From positions 320,001 to 384,000 of the forward strand of contig CAVXWP010000009.1 of assembly GCA_963765495.1 (NCBI GenBank): a stretch of 64,000 nucleotides of DNA, read 5' to 3'. The stretch is from Blastocatellia bacterium. Its GTDB lineage: Bacteria > Acidobacteriota > Blastocatellia > UBA7656. How positions within the stretch are numbered: position 1 is the stretch's first letter; the number at the start of each line of letters is the position of its first letter. The notes under the pieces are model-generated. The model saw only the letters and a program-made list of their open reading frames with translations. It did not search any database and was not told the DNA's origin. Shown here piece after piece: positions 9,323 through 19,110 of the stretch. A program made the translations under genes and the position numbers.

Positions 9323-10165
9323 ATGGCTGAGGTAAAGACTATTCTCTTTCCGACGGATTTCTCCGAGCATTCAAACAAGGCATTTCCTTACGCGACCTCG
9401 CTTGCGCAGGGGTACGGCGCAAAGATCGTCATGATGCACGTAGCCGAGCTTGAAGAAGAAGACCCGGCAAACCCCGCGCATACTTTTCCCGCGCTCGACT
9501 CTTATGACGGAGTGGTCGAGACGGAGCGCGTTATTATCCGAGGCCACGCGCCCTACAAAGATATTCTCGATGTATCGCGAAGCAGGAATTGCGACCTGAT
9601 AGTAATGGCTACGCACGGGCGTTCCTCGCTCTCACAATTCTTTCTCGGCGGAAGCATTGCCGAAGACGTGGCGCGGTTCTCGAAGATACCCGTGCTCATC
9701 GTCAAGATAGAGCACGATGAGCCTGCCGAAAGCTACACGGGGCGGTTGAAAGAGATACTCTTTACCACCGATTTTTCAGAAGCCGCAGACAGCGCGCTTC
9801 CCTTCGCCGTGTCGTTTGCTCAGAAATTCGGCTCAAAACTCTTTGCCCTGCATGTCATCGATGACGACAGCGTAGAGTTCTACAAAGCGGCGGGGATAAA
9901 CAAAGACGAGGGTTTCAAAGACAGGATCGAAGAATTCCTGAAGACTCGTCTGGCATCTCTGCCGGGCGGTGAAGCAATCGCTTCCGTAAACGTGGCGGAA
10001 GGGCGCGCCGAACGCGAGATCGTAAAATTCGCCGACGAAAATGAGATAGACATGATCGTTATGGCTACGCAGGGACACGGTATTCTCGAAGACGAGATAC
10101 TGGGCACAACCACGGATCGCGTGATCCGCCACGCGTCCTGCCCGGTCTTGACCGTGCGAAGCTGA
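9323..10165 (+). CDS. Tandem universal stress protein (two Usp domains)
   Basis: ILFPTDFS...DLIVMATHGRS...GS and ILFTTDFS...DMIVMATQG...LGTTTDRVIRHASCPVLTV; start moved to ATG 9323. Confidence 0.93.
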   Translation: MAEVKTILFPTDFSEHSNKAFPYATSLAQGYGAKIVMMHVAELEEEDPANPAHTFPALDSYDGVVETERVIIRGHAPYKDILDVSRSRNCDLIVMATHGRSSLSQFFLGGSIAEDVARFSKIPVLIVKIEHDEPAESYTGRLKEILFTTDFSEAADSALPFAVSFAQKFGSKLFALHVIDDDSVEFYKAAGINKDEGFKDRIEEFLKTRLASLPGGEAIASVNVAEGRAEREIVKFADENEIDMIVMATQGHGILEDEILGTTTDRVIRHASCPVLTVRS

Positions 10166-10237
10166 ATAACTCGACTGGATAACTCGACTGGATAACTCGA
10201 CTGGATAACTCGACTGGATAACTCGACTGGATAACTC
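10166..10237. repeat. Perfect 13-bp tandem repeat (ATAACTCGACTGG)5.5
   Basis: Five exact units plus ATAACTC, beginning at the base after the Usp stop. Confidence 0.95.
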
Positions 10238-10269
10238 TAGCCCGCAAATTCGAGAGGAGATATTGATTT

Positions 10270-11946
10270 ATGGCCATAGAGACCAATGCGCCGCCTGATT
10301 CACGAGAAAGCTGGGGATCACAACTCGGCCTCGTGCTGGCGATGGCAGGCAACGCCGTGGGGTTGGGTAACTTCCTGCGCTTCCCGGCCCTTGCCGCAAA
10401 AAACGGCGGCGGCACCTTCATGATTCCTTACTTCATATCGCTTTTGCTTCTCGGCATACCGCTGATGTGGATCGAATGGGGCATAGGCCGTTACGGCGGG
10501 AAATTCGGCTACTCGACCTCGCCCGGCATGTTCCAGAAACTCTGGAATCACCCTATGGCCAAATACCTGGGCGCGCTCGGCGTCTTCATCCCTCTGGCCT
10601 TCGTAATCTATTACACCTATATCGAATCCTGGACCCTGGGCTATGCGGTGCGGTCATTCACAAACCAGATTCCGAGCATCGAGGGGCAGACTCCTGCGCA
10701 GGCTTTCGATACCATGGGAAATTATCTGGCCAGCTATCAGGGAACAAACAACGCCTCGCACCTGTCGGGCACGTGGACAAGCTGGATATTTTTCGCCATC
10801 ACGCTTTTCTGCAACGTCTTTGTCATCTCGCGCGGCGTAGCAGCCGGGATCGAGAAGATGGCTAAGATTGCCATGCCGCTTTTGATACTGTTTGCCATCA
10901 TCGTAGGGATAAGAGTGCTGTCGCTTCCGGGCGCGATGGGCGGCGTCGCGTTTGTGTGGAACCCGGATTTTTCAAAGATCACAGACGGCGCGATATGGCT
11001 TGCGGCGGCGGGGCAGATATTCTTCACCCTCTCGCTTGGGACCGGATCGATTGAGACCTATGCCAGCTATCTGAAAGAGAACGACGACATAGTGCTTACG
11101 GGTCTGGCCACCTCTTCGATGAACGAGTTCTGCGAAGTGATCCTTGGCGGTTCGATAGCGATCCCGGCGGCGGCGGCCTTTTATGGAGCGGGCGCGGCGA
11201 CGGCCATCGCCAATTCGGGCACATTCAATCTGGGATTTCAGACCATGCCCGCGGTCTTTTCAGGCATACCGGGCGGGTTCCTCTTCGGCGGCATCTTCTT
11301 TACGCTCCTCTTTTTCGCGGGCATAACCTCTTCGCTCGCGCTCGCGCAGCCGGCTATGGCTTTCCTGCAGGACGAGATGAAGCTGACGCGCAAGAAGGCG
11401 GCGTTGTTTGTCGGAGCCGTTATGCTCGCCGGGGCTACACCGATCATACTCTGGCTGCAATACGGCTTCCTGGACGAGTTCGATTTCTGGGCGGGAGCGC
11501 TTCTGCTGCTGGTCTTTTCGCTCATAGAATCGATTCTCTTCTTCTGGGTATTCGGCGGGCGAAAGGCGTGGGAAGAGATCCGCAAGGGACAGCAGATAAA
11601 CCTGCCTTCGTTCTTCTACCCGATCATGAAATTCGTCGTGCCTATCCTGCTTGTGGTCATCCTCATCAAAGGCATAATCGACGACATGTTGCCGCGCATA
11701 ACATTCCAGAAGTGGGAAGACTTGCCGGGATGGAGCAAAGTCACGGCCTCGGCCGGAGAGCGCATCGCGTATGAATTCGGCATGGCGGGCCGACATCTGG
11801 TCGAAAATACCGATGAGATTGGAAACTTCTGGTTTCACTGGGGGGCGCGGATCGAGATGCTCGCGCTTTACGTTATGTTTATCGTAATGGTTGCCATCGC
11901 CTGGCGAAAATACAGGCGGGGCGAAACCGATAAAGTGGAGGCATGA
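10270..11946 (+). CDS. Sodium-dependent transporter, NSS (LeuT-like) family
   Basis: RESWGSQLGLVLAMAGNAVGLGNFLRFP, GGGTFMIPYF, GIPLMWIEW, AAAGQIFFTLSLG, EVILGGSIAIP. Confidence 0.95.
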   Translation: MAIETNAPPDSRESWGSQLGLVLAMAGNAVGLGNFLRFPALAAKNGGGTFMIPYFISLLLLGIPLMWIEWGIGRYGGKFGYSTSPGMFQKLWNHPMAKYLGALGVFIPLAFVIYYTYIESWTLGYAVRSFTNQIPSIEGQTPAQAFDTMGNYLASYQGTNNASHLSGTWTSWIFFAITLFCNVFVISRGVAAGIEKMAKIAMPLLILFAIIVGIRVLSLPGAMGGVAFVWNPDFSKITDGAIWLAAAGQIFFTLSLGTGSIETYASYLKENDDIVLTGLATSSMNEFCEVILGGSIAIPAAAAFYGAGAATAIANSGTFNLGFQTMPAVFSGIPGGFLFGGIFFTLLFFAGITSSLALAQPAMAFLQDEMKLTRKKAALFVGAVMLAGATPIILWLQYGFLDEFDFWAGALLLLVFSLIESILFFWVFGGRKAWEEIRKGQQINLPSFFYPIMKFVVPILLVVILIKGIIDDMLPRITFQKWEDLPGWSKVTASAGERIAYEFGMAGRHLVENTDEIGNFWFHWGARIEMLALYVMFIVMVAIAWRKYRRGETDKVEA

Positions 11947-12101
11947 TGACTTTTATTCCGGGTCTGTTACTGGCTCTTCAACAGCAAGCGGCCGAACAAC
12001 CGCCGATGACAGCGGGCGGATGGGTCTTCATGGCCTGCGCGTGGTTTTTCATCCTGACGCTGGTTATCTACACGTTTTCGAAGATACTACGCGGAAATTG
12101 A
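11943..12101 (+). CDS. Small single-TM protein, MetS-like NSS accessory subunit candidate (52 aa)
   Basis: ATGA overlap with the NSS stop; hand translation MMTFIPGLLLALQQQAAEQPPMTAGGWVFMACAWFFILTLVIYTFSKILRGN; shorter than any ORF listed in the track. Confidence 0.7.
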   Translation: MMTFIPGLLLALQQQAAEQPPMTAGGWVFMACAWFFILTLVIYTFSKILRGN

Positions 12102-12105
12102 TAAT

Positions 12106-12183
12106 TGATGAGTGATTCGTGATTTGTGATTCGTGACCGGACATAGCAGTCTATCAAAACAACGGATCACGCATCACTCATCA
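12106..12183. repeat. (TGATGCG)n/(TCACGCA)n inverted element, 30-bp core
   Basis: Degenerate arms around ccggacatagcagtctatcaaaacaacgga (12137-12166). Confidence 0.85.
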
Positions 12184-12202
12184 AGCTTCTCGCACCTTGA
12201 GC

Positions 12203-12796
12203 ATGTCGAGCGCAAATACAAGGACAGGCAGGCAAAAAACACGGCGCAATCTTCCAGCAGATGCCGACACTCTGCTCAATCTGCTCATAAAGGAGATCGA
12301 AGCGCCTGCCGACATGCAGACCCTCCTCGAACAAATGCCCGCAACGACCAACTGCCGTGAAGAGGCCAGCCAGCTTCTTAAGGCAAAAGACCGCTTCAAT
12401 CGCCGCGAGTCTTATCTCAAAAGCGAGCCCATGTGGTTCAATAAATACGGCTGGTTTATGGCCCGAATAGTCGGGTTGTTTGGCATACTGGTTTTCATCT
12501 ACGCAATGTTTACTCGCGGCGTGGGAGTCGATTTCACCATATCCATGATATTGGGCGCGGCCTGCTATTATCTGTTGCTTGTCACTCTATCAAACATCAA
12601 ATACCGCGACAAAAACAGAAAGCGACAAAAACTCGTCCAGCGAGAAGAACAACGATATCAAAGAGATATAGTCCCCATAGCCGCCGCGCTCATGAAGCGA
12701 TTCGATATTGACCCGCAAACCTATCCCCTGACCAATCCCACAAATAAGGCGGGGCTTGAAGAGAACGAAAAAGGCATCTTCATTCCTGTAGATTAA
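12203..12796 (+). CDS. Hypothetical protein with two predicted TM helices
   Basis: ORF of about 197 aa with hydrophobic hairpin (WFMARIVGLFGILVFIYAMF / FTISMILGAACYYLLLVTL) and a basic C-terminal flank. Confidence 0.7.
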   Translation: MSSANTRTGRQKTRRNLPADADTLLNLLIKEIEAPADMQTLLEQMPATTNCREEASQLLKAKDRFNRRESYLKSEPMWFNKYGWFMARIVGLFGILVFIYAMFTRGVGVDFTISMILGAACYYLLLVTLSNIKYRDKNRKRQKLVQREEQRYQRDIVPIAAALMKRFDIDPQTYPLTNPTNKAGLEENEKGIFIPVD

Positions 12797-13246
12797 GTGC
12801 CTGTGCTATCTGGTGACTTGACCGTATAGGAAAGAAATCAAATGCGACACCTGGTTTCATCCTCTCTACCCGCCCTTTATTCTTACGGCCCGGTTTATCT
12901 CTCCCCTCGCGCTTTGTAATAATGCATGTTACGTCAAAGTGACGGCATATTGTGGCCGAGTTCGGGCAATGTTAACGATTCTATAAGTTTTATCTGTCGG
13001 GATTTTCTCCATTACGTCACTACAAGAGCAAGACTACCTTATGAACTTCCTGATATGTGTACCAACCACGACCCGATTTAACTCAACGAAATAGTTGAAT
13101 TATTACATTTTATCTAATATATAAATACCAATGGCTTTGATATATTCTATTAATTTTACATGTACAATAATATTAACAACTCACAAAGAGATCGTGACTG
13201 GATCAACAGGTATAAAAATTCGATCTTTTTGATTTCCGTTCTTAAC

Positions 13247-13262
13247 TGGTACGATCTTTGCT
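13247..13262 (+). promoter_or_regulatory. sigma54 (-24/-12) promoter
   Basis: TGGTACGATCTTTGCT = GG-N10-GC, downstream of an AT-rich tract and about 200 bp upstream of the GGDEF-EAL gene. Confidence 0.6.
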
Positions 13263-13332
13263 GATTGCAGATGCGTTAACCGTATGATGCCCTCGGCCCG
13301 AAATAGCTGATGTTTTCAAGCTAAATATTTTG

Positions 13333-13432
13333 AATGAAGCTCCTCGCAGCAAGCTGCGAGGTATCGCGCAAGAGGGGAGGAAATGGAGCCGCAGCAAGCT
13401 GCGGGGAATTGCCTGACCCTCCTCAGATTAAA
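13333..13432. repeat. Double-hairpin palindromic element (REP/PATE-like)
   Basis: cctcgcagc-aa-gctgcgagg (13342-13361) and ccgcagc-aa-gctgcgg (13389-13404). Confidence 0.65.
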
Positions 13433-13459
13433 TTCGTTGACCCTGTTTAGGAAACGCCT

Positions 13460-16400
13460 ATGCGGAATACTTTATCTACGATAGAGCAGGACATATTTGC
13501 AAAAAGCCGGTTGGATGATTTGCGATTTGTGATCGACTCCATCAGGTCGCCCATTCTGGTACTTGATTGTGGAGGCAGGGTAGCAGGTTTTAATCAAGCG
13601 GCTAAAGCGATTATTCACCTTTCGGACGAAGCTATTCAGGGGCAGCCCATCGAGAGACTCATACCGCAAAAGTTATGGGCAAATGTTGCAGAGCAGATAA
13701 GCAGGACCTGGTACGATCATGATGAAGTGTTTCTTGAGAGCGTAGACGAAACGGATGGTAAGGTATGGGAGTTTACGATCAGGGCTCTTCCCCATTCCGA
13801 GCAAGGTAGACATACACTTTTGATCGCCAACGATATAACACGGTTCAAACAGACGGGGCATACCACGCAAACTCAGAGCGAATATCTGACGGCCATAAAT
13901 GAGATTTCGCTCGGGTTGATGAACAGACTGGATACGCACGACATCCTGAGAATCATCATTGAGCGGGTCTGCGCGATTCTGAAGACAACCGATGCGTTCA
14001 TCTGTTTGATTGATTCCGACGGGCGCGAGATGATGCTGTCGGTCGGCGTGGGTAAGATGAGCGGCTATGTGGGAGTTTGCTTCAAACCCCACGAGGGTCT
14101 ACCTGGGCAGGTATGGCAAACCTGCGAGCCGGTTGTGGTAAATGGCTTTTGCCCCTGGCCTGCCCACACATCGACTGACCAGCATGATAAATTCCATTCC
14201 ATGGCAGGTGTTCCTCTCAAATCGGATGCGTATGTTATGGGCGTGCTTGGTCTTGCAAGTCAGGATATTGAGAGACAAATTGGAGCAGACGAGATCGAAG
14301 CGTTGACCAATTTTGCCATGTTGGCTTCTATCGCTCTGGATAATGCACAGATGTACAGGGCCATGCGACAGGAATTGACCGAAAGGAATCGAGCAGAGGA
14401 TGCACAGAGAGATTCGGAAGAAAACTACAGACTGTTGTTTGAGAGCAATCCACTCCCCCTCTGGGTATATGACAGACAAACCCTCTCGTTTTTAGCCGTG
14501 AACGATGCCGCGGTCCGTCACTATGGGTACTCTCGCGAGGAATTCCTGAGTATGACAACAAAGGAATTACAGTACCCGGGGAGCACCGGTGAGCTTCTGC
14601 TCAAGTTTTCTAAGGCGATCCCCGAACTGACCAACACCGGCTCCTGGAAACATCGAAAGAAGGATGGTGAGGTAATTGATGTTGAGATAGTGTCTCACGA
14701 GATACTGTTTGGCGGGCGGCAGGCCTCGCTTGCGCTTATGAATGATGTTACCGAGCGAAAGCACGCAGAAGAGACTCTACAGAAGAGAGAGGAGCATTTC
14801 AGATCGCTCATCGAAAACGCATCCGACCTTATTTTGATTCTGAACGGCCACGGGACGCTCAGTTACCTGAGTCCTTCCGCGGAACGCGAACTTGGTTACA
14901 GTCAGGTAGAACTCGTGGGCAGAAACGTATATGAGTTTGTACACCCGGAGGATTTCTCGAGCGCTTTTTCTGCAATAACACACACAATACAGACTCCGGG
15001 AGGCAGCCAGCCCATTGAGTTGCGCATTCGCCCCAAAAATGGCCCCTGGCGCACTTACGAAGCTATCAGCAAATGCATTACTAACGACTCGGGAGAGCAA
15101 AACATCATCGTAAATGCGCGTGATATCACCGAGCGTAAGGCGGCCGAACAGCAGTTACAGCACGATGCTCTACACGACCCGCTGACAAATCTGCCCAACA
15201 GACTTGTCTTCATGGACCGGCTCGGCCAGGCAATCAGACGCGCAAAGCGACGCAGTGGCTATCTGTTTGCGGTGCTTTTTGTAGACCTGGATCATTTCAA
15301 GCTGGTCAATGATAGTCTCGGCCATATCGCCGGCGACCATCTGCTGATAGCGATGGCTCGGAGACTCGTAAAAAGTCTGCGCCCCGGAGACACTATAGCT
15401 CGAATAGGCGGGGATGAATTTACCATACTCCTGGAAGATATTGAGGATGCAAGTGCCGCTGTAGAGATCACTCAAAGGATTCAAGATGAGATCTCCATCC
15501 CTTTTAACCTGGAAGAACAACCCGTCTATGTTAGCTCAAGCATCGGTATAGCCATTGGCCCGGAAGGTTATGATTGGCCGGAAGAGATACTCCGGGATGC
15601 TGATACAGCTCTCTATCAGGCGAAGGGGTTGGGCAAGTCCTGCCACGTCATATTTGACGCGAATATGCGCGCAGAGGCAATCAGACTCCTTCAGCTTCGC
15701 ACAGACCTGAGTCAGGCACTTGAGCGGGACGAGTTCAGGCTCTATTACCAGCCAATCGTTTCGCTTGAGACCAGCAGGATAGAAGGGTTTGAGGCGCTCG
15801 TTCGCTGGCAACACCCCAAGTACGGTCTTTCTGCTCCCGGACAATTCATTGCAGTCGCGGAAGAGACAAATCTGATCAATCCACTGGGGATGTGGGTGCT
15901 CGGCGAGGCTTGCCGTCAGGCAAGTCATTGGCAGGCTCTGCATCCAAAGGAACCGCCTCTGTTTGTGAGCGTCAATCTTTCAGTAAAACAGCTTGCGCAA
16001 ACAGGTATAGTCGATCAGATTGGACAGATTCTGGATGAGACAGGATTTGATCCTCAGAGCCTGAAGTTAGAGATCACTGAAAGCATATTTATGACCAACC
16101 CGGAATCTACAGTCTTAATACTTTTACAACTGAAGGAGTTAGGCGTGAAGTTAGTGATTGACGACTTCGGTACCGGATACTCATCGTTGAGCTATCTGCA
16201 CAAATTCCCATTCGATATGCTGAAAATAGACCGCGCATTCGTCAGCAGTATGAACACAAATAAGAAGAATGCTGAGATAGTGCGCACAATCGTGCTATTT
16301 GCCCATAGCCTCGGGATGACAGTAATCGCGGAAGGTATAGAGACGGTGGAACAATTATCAGAACTCAAGGCGCTCAGGTGTGAACAGGGACAAGGATACC

Positions 16401-16615
16401 ACTTCTCGAAACCTGTCGAAGGCAGTACGGCTGCGACCTTGATTGCTTCTCAGTACAATGCAATATCGAGCAAGACATTGCCTGAGACGGAAAATGATCC
16501 GCTCGGCCCCCCAAACTCGCTAGACGCAAGTAGCGAGGTGATAGCCACAGACATCCGTCACGGCAGGCTGGTCTTTAACACGGGTAGCTTAAGACCTGTC
16601 GGCGAGTGTATTTGA
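13460..16615 (+). CDS. PAS-GAF-PAS-PAS diguanylate cyclase/phosphodiesterase (GGDEF-EAL)
   Basis: HDPLTNLPNR, DLDHFKLVNDSLGH, RIGGDEF, FEALVRW and DDFGTGYSSLSYL all intact. Confidence 0.95.
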   Translation: MRNTLSTIEQDIFAKSRLDDLRFVIDSIRSPILVLDCGGRVAGFNQAAKAIIHLSDEAIQGQPIERLIPQKLWANVAEQISRTWYDHDEVFLESVDETDGKVWEFTIRALPHSEQGRHTLLIANDITRFKQTGHTTQTQSEYLTAINEISLGLMNRLDTHDILRIIIERVCAILKTTDAFICLIDSDGREMMLSVGVGKMSGYVGVCFKPHEGLPGQVWQTCEPVVVNGFCPWPAHTSTDQHDKFHSMAGVPLKSDAYVMGVLGLASQDIERQIGADEIEALTNFAMLASIALDNAQMYRAMRQELTERNRAEDAQRDSEENYRLLFESNPLPLWVYDRQTLSFLAVNDAAVRHYGYSREEFLSMTTKELQYPGSTGELLLKFSKAIPELTNTGSWKHRKKDGEVIDVEIVSHEILFGGRQASLALMNDVTERKHAEETLQKREEHFRSLIENASDLILILNGHGTLSYLSPSAERELGYSQVELVGRNVYEFVHPEDFSSAFSAITHTIQTPGGSQPIELRIRPKNGPWRTYEAISKCITNDSGEQNIIVNARDITERKAAEQQLQHDALHDPLTNLPNRLVFMDRLGQAIRRAKRRSGYLFAVLFVDLDHFKLVNDSLGHIAGDHLLIAMARRLVKSLRPGDTIARIGGDEFTILLEDIEDASAAVEITQRIQDEISIPFNLEEQPVYVSSSIGIAIGPEGYDWPEEILRDADTALYQAKGLGKSCHVIFDANMRAEAIRLLQLRTDLSQALERDEFRLYYQPIVSLETSRIEGFEALVRWQHPKYGLSAPGQFIAVAEETNLINPLGMWVLGEACRQASHWQALHPKEPPLFVSVNLSVKQLAQTGIVDQIGQILDETGFDPQSLKLEITESIFMTNPESTVLILLQLKELGVKLVIDDFGTGYSSLSYLHKFPFDMLKIDRAFVSSMNTNKKNAEIVRTIVLFAHSLGMTVIAEGIETVEQLSELKALRCEQGQGYHFSKPVEGSTAATLIASQYNAISSKTLPETENDPLGPPNSLDASSEVIATDIRHGRLVFNTGSLRPVGECI

Positions 16616-16935
16616 AAACCGCCGTAATTTTATAAAACTATTGAAAATATATCGGAAACGGGTACCATAGTCGTGTCAATCGGGTAATATGCTTAATCTA
16701 TCTTGCAGGCCCTTTATGTTTTCATCCCCTGACCCCCTCTCAGACAGGCGAAATAATTTATGACAGCCCTCCTCAGGTTCGGCGAACGAAAAAGAATGTA
16801 CCAATTATGAAGATGGATTGAAGGCTTATAAGCATCTATGTAAATCCACCTAGATTACTGCAAATCACTTTCATCAGTCCCTTTGATTATATTGCTCCCT
16901 GCTGACCAATCCCCCTCAATGACGAACGATATTTC

Positions 16936-18726
16936 ATGCGATTGCGTAGTAGAATACTGACCAGCGTAATTATATCCACGCTTCTACTCTTTCCCAGGCT
17001 CAGTTTATGGAAAACCGGCAGAGGTGTAGCTTGCGATTCGTCGCGAGCCCCGATCTCGCCAGCCGAGAGTTTCCTCCTCGATCCCTTTGATTATCGCGCC
17101 AACACTTTTCAGAATCTCCCCCGGAAGAGCTACCTTTCGGATCGTTCACACTCTGATTCCAATACACTATATCCGCCAAGTAATATTACCCACTTTGATG
17201 TAAAACCTGCGGGGCCAGGAAAGCCCGGGAAGCGAAATTACAATTATAATAGTTTATCAATGGAGGAGGAGCAGGGGGGGAACTTTACATCCTCTCGCGA
17301 GACGCCAGTCCGCCGAGGCGCCGCTGCGCCTTTTGGCGCTGCGCCTTTTGGCGCGCCCGATTTCGGCAAAGTATCAGAGAGGGCAGAGGTGACAAACGTA
17401 AACAGTTTTAGCGGGCCGGACCAGGCTCGCATCATAATAGAGTTGACCAGGGAAGCGAAGTACAGGCTGAGAAAAACAGATGATGATCACTTGATACTCT
17501 CATTAGAGAATGGCCTGATTTCCCCTTCGCTATCTGACCGCCACTTCAGTGTCAGCAGTTATAATCTTCTAAGGCAAATCAGCGTTTCAGATAAGTATGT
17601 GAACTCACTCAAGAAGGGTCGGGGGCAAGCGACCGGAAATGCTTTTGGATCATATAGCAATTCGGGTGTGGAGTTTGAGATCGAAGTCGGATTTCCTTCA
17701 TCAGTCTCTGTGGAACCGACGATGGCTCCAGACCGCGTTATATTAGATATTAATGTCAAAAAAACAGAGGAGTCTATCCCGCAGCCTCCACAGGCGCAGA
17801 GCAAAACCACTCTGATGGATACAGAGGCACATCCTGATGACAGGCACGAGGAGGTATCCAGTTCGCCTGACTTAAACGAGGTTGTCCCCTTTTTTGATTC
17901 GATAAAGCCAGAGGCGATTAGAATCGAGCAAGAGACCGAAGAGATCCAGCCTGATCAGGCAGGCGGGAATAAAATTGCCGGACCACAAATCAAGCGCATA
18001 GTCATAGACCCCGGCCACGGAGGCCGAGATTCGGGGTCTGTAAGCCGGGGCGGAATACTTGAAAAGGACGTAGTGCTTGATGTTGCCTTGCGGCTCAGGG
18101 ATTACATCAGGCTTGTACATCCTGACATCGAAATTATCTTGACCAGGGATGTAGATCGCTTCGTTTCTCTCGAAAATCGCGCATTTCTTGGAAACGTATT
18201 GCAGGCCGATCTATTCATATCAATTCACGCGAATGCGAGCAATTCATCCGCAGCCTCGGGGGTGGAAACCTATGTCATGAATCAGGATTTAGAAACTCAG
18301 GATTACCCTGACCCAATCGAATCTGAGCGCGCCCCATTCGATTCCTTACGATCCGATGATCAAGCGCCTTATCATAGAAAGCCCACAGCCACGACCCCGC
18401 CCAACCCTGATCGTATGGCAGCCTCTTGCGAGCTTGCATCACATATCCAGGCAAGCCTCGTTCAGGGAATAACGAGCGAATCGCCCGGGTTAGGAATCAA
18501 TAGAGGCGTCAAACATGCGTCTTTCCTGGTGCTGCGAAATACAAGGATGCCAAGTGTGCTTGCCGAAATTTCTTTCCTTTCTAACCCCCGCGAGGAGGCG
18601 TTGCTAAGGTCAACTGAATTTCGTAGCCGAATAGCAGCTTTCTTATTCAAGGGGCTTGATGCCTACTTAAATAGTAATAACCGAAAGCAAATTCGGGAAA
18701 AAATTCCTAAGCAGATGTCAAATTGA
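16936..18726 (+). CDS. N-acetylmuramoyl-L-alanine amidase (Amidase_3, AmiC-like, probable AMIN region)
   Basis: N-terminal hydrophobic segment; IVIDPGHGG, EKDVVLDVA, DLFISIHANA and PSVLAEISFLSN catalytic motifs. Confidence 0.9.
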   Translation: MRLRSRILTSVIISTLLLFPRLSLWKTGRGVACDSSRAPISPAESFLLDPFDYRANTFQNLPRKSYLSDRSHSDSNTLYPPSNITHFDVKPAGPGKPGKRNYNYNSLSMEEEQGGNFTSSRETPVRRGAAAPFGAAPFGAPDFGKVSERAEVTNVNSFSGPDQARIIIELTREAKYRLRKTDDDHLILSLENGLISPSLSDRHFSVSSYNLLRQISVSDKYVNSLKKGRGQATGNAFGSYSNSGVEFEIEVGFPSSVSVEPTMAPDRVILDINVKKTEESIPQPPQAQSKTTLMDTEAHPDDRHEEVSSSPDLNEVVPFFDSIKPEAIRIEQETEEIQPDQAGGNKIAGPQIKRIVIDPGHGGRDSGSVSRGGILEKDVVLDVALRLRDYIRLVHPDIEIILTRDVDRFVSLENRAFLGNVLQADLFISIHANASNSSAASGVETYVMNQDLETQDYPDPIESERAPFDSLRSDDQAPYHRKPTATTPPNPDRMAASCELASHIQASLVQGITSESPGLGINRGVKHASFLVLRNTRMPSVLAEISFLSNPREEALLRSTEFRSRIAAFLFKGLDAYLNSNNRKQIREKIPKQMSN

Positions 18727-18857
18727 CTCAGACAAAAAATGCATTCAATCTGATTGACAGAAAGAGCTATCATAGACAGCCCGACAATTCACTCGATTCG
18801 ACCCCTATTTGCTGAATTATAAGCATTTATGTCCTTACAATCATGTTCAAATGGTTC

Positions 18858-18873
18858 TGGCATCGGGTTTGCT
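18858..18873 (+). promoter_or_regulatory. sigma54 (-24/-12) promoter
   Basis: TGGCATCGGGTTTGCT = GG-N10-GC, about 240 bp upstream of 19111. Confidence 0.65.
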
Positions 18874-19110
18874 CTTATAAATTGTCGTGGCCGAATGCAA
18901 TATGTTTTGACGGTTTAGGGCAAAGAGTTTCCTCAGGTATTGATATACAAGAGCAGTGTAGAACAGGGTTGAGCCGCTCCTTTATTCCTTTATCTGATTG
19001 CAGTCCGCTTACTGCAAGAGTCGGCGAGCGGAATGAATTTGCCCCTCGAAAATATTCTGAAAGAATTCCCAGGAATAATCCTTTTTCTGGCTGAGTAAGG
19101 TTGAATAGTC

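Noticed and set aside
12800-13330. ncRNA or riboswitch in the long AT-rich intergenic region
   Set aside because: No recognisable tRNA, riboswitch or c-di-GMP aptamer motif by eye; an Rfam scan would be needed
17317-17357. 15-bp tandem duplication encoding GAAPF-GAAPF in the amidase
   Set aside because: In-frame micro-duplication in a low-complexity linker; no further structure
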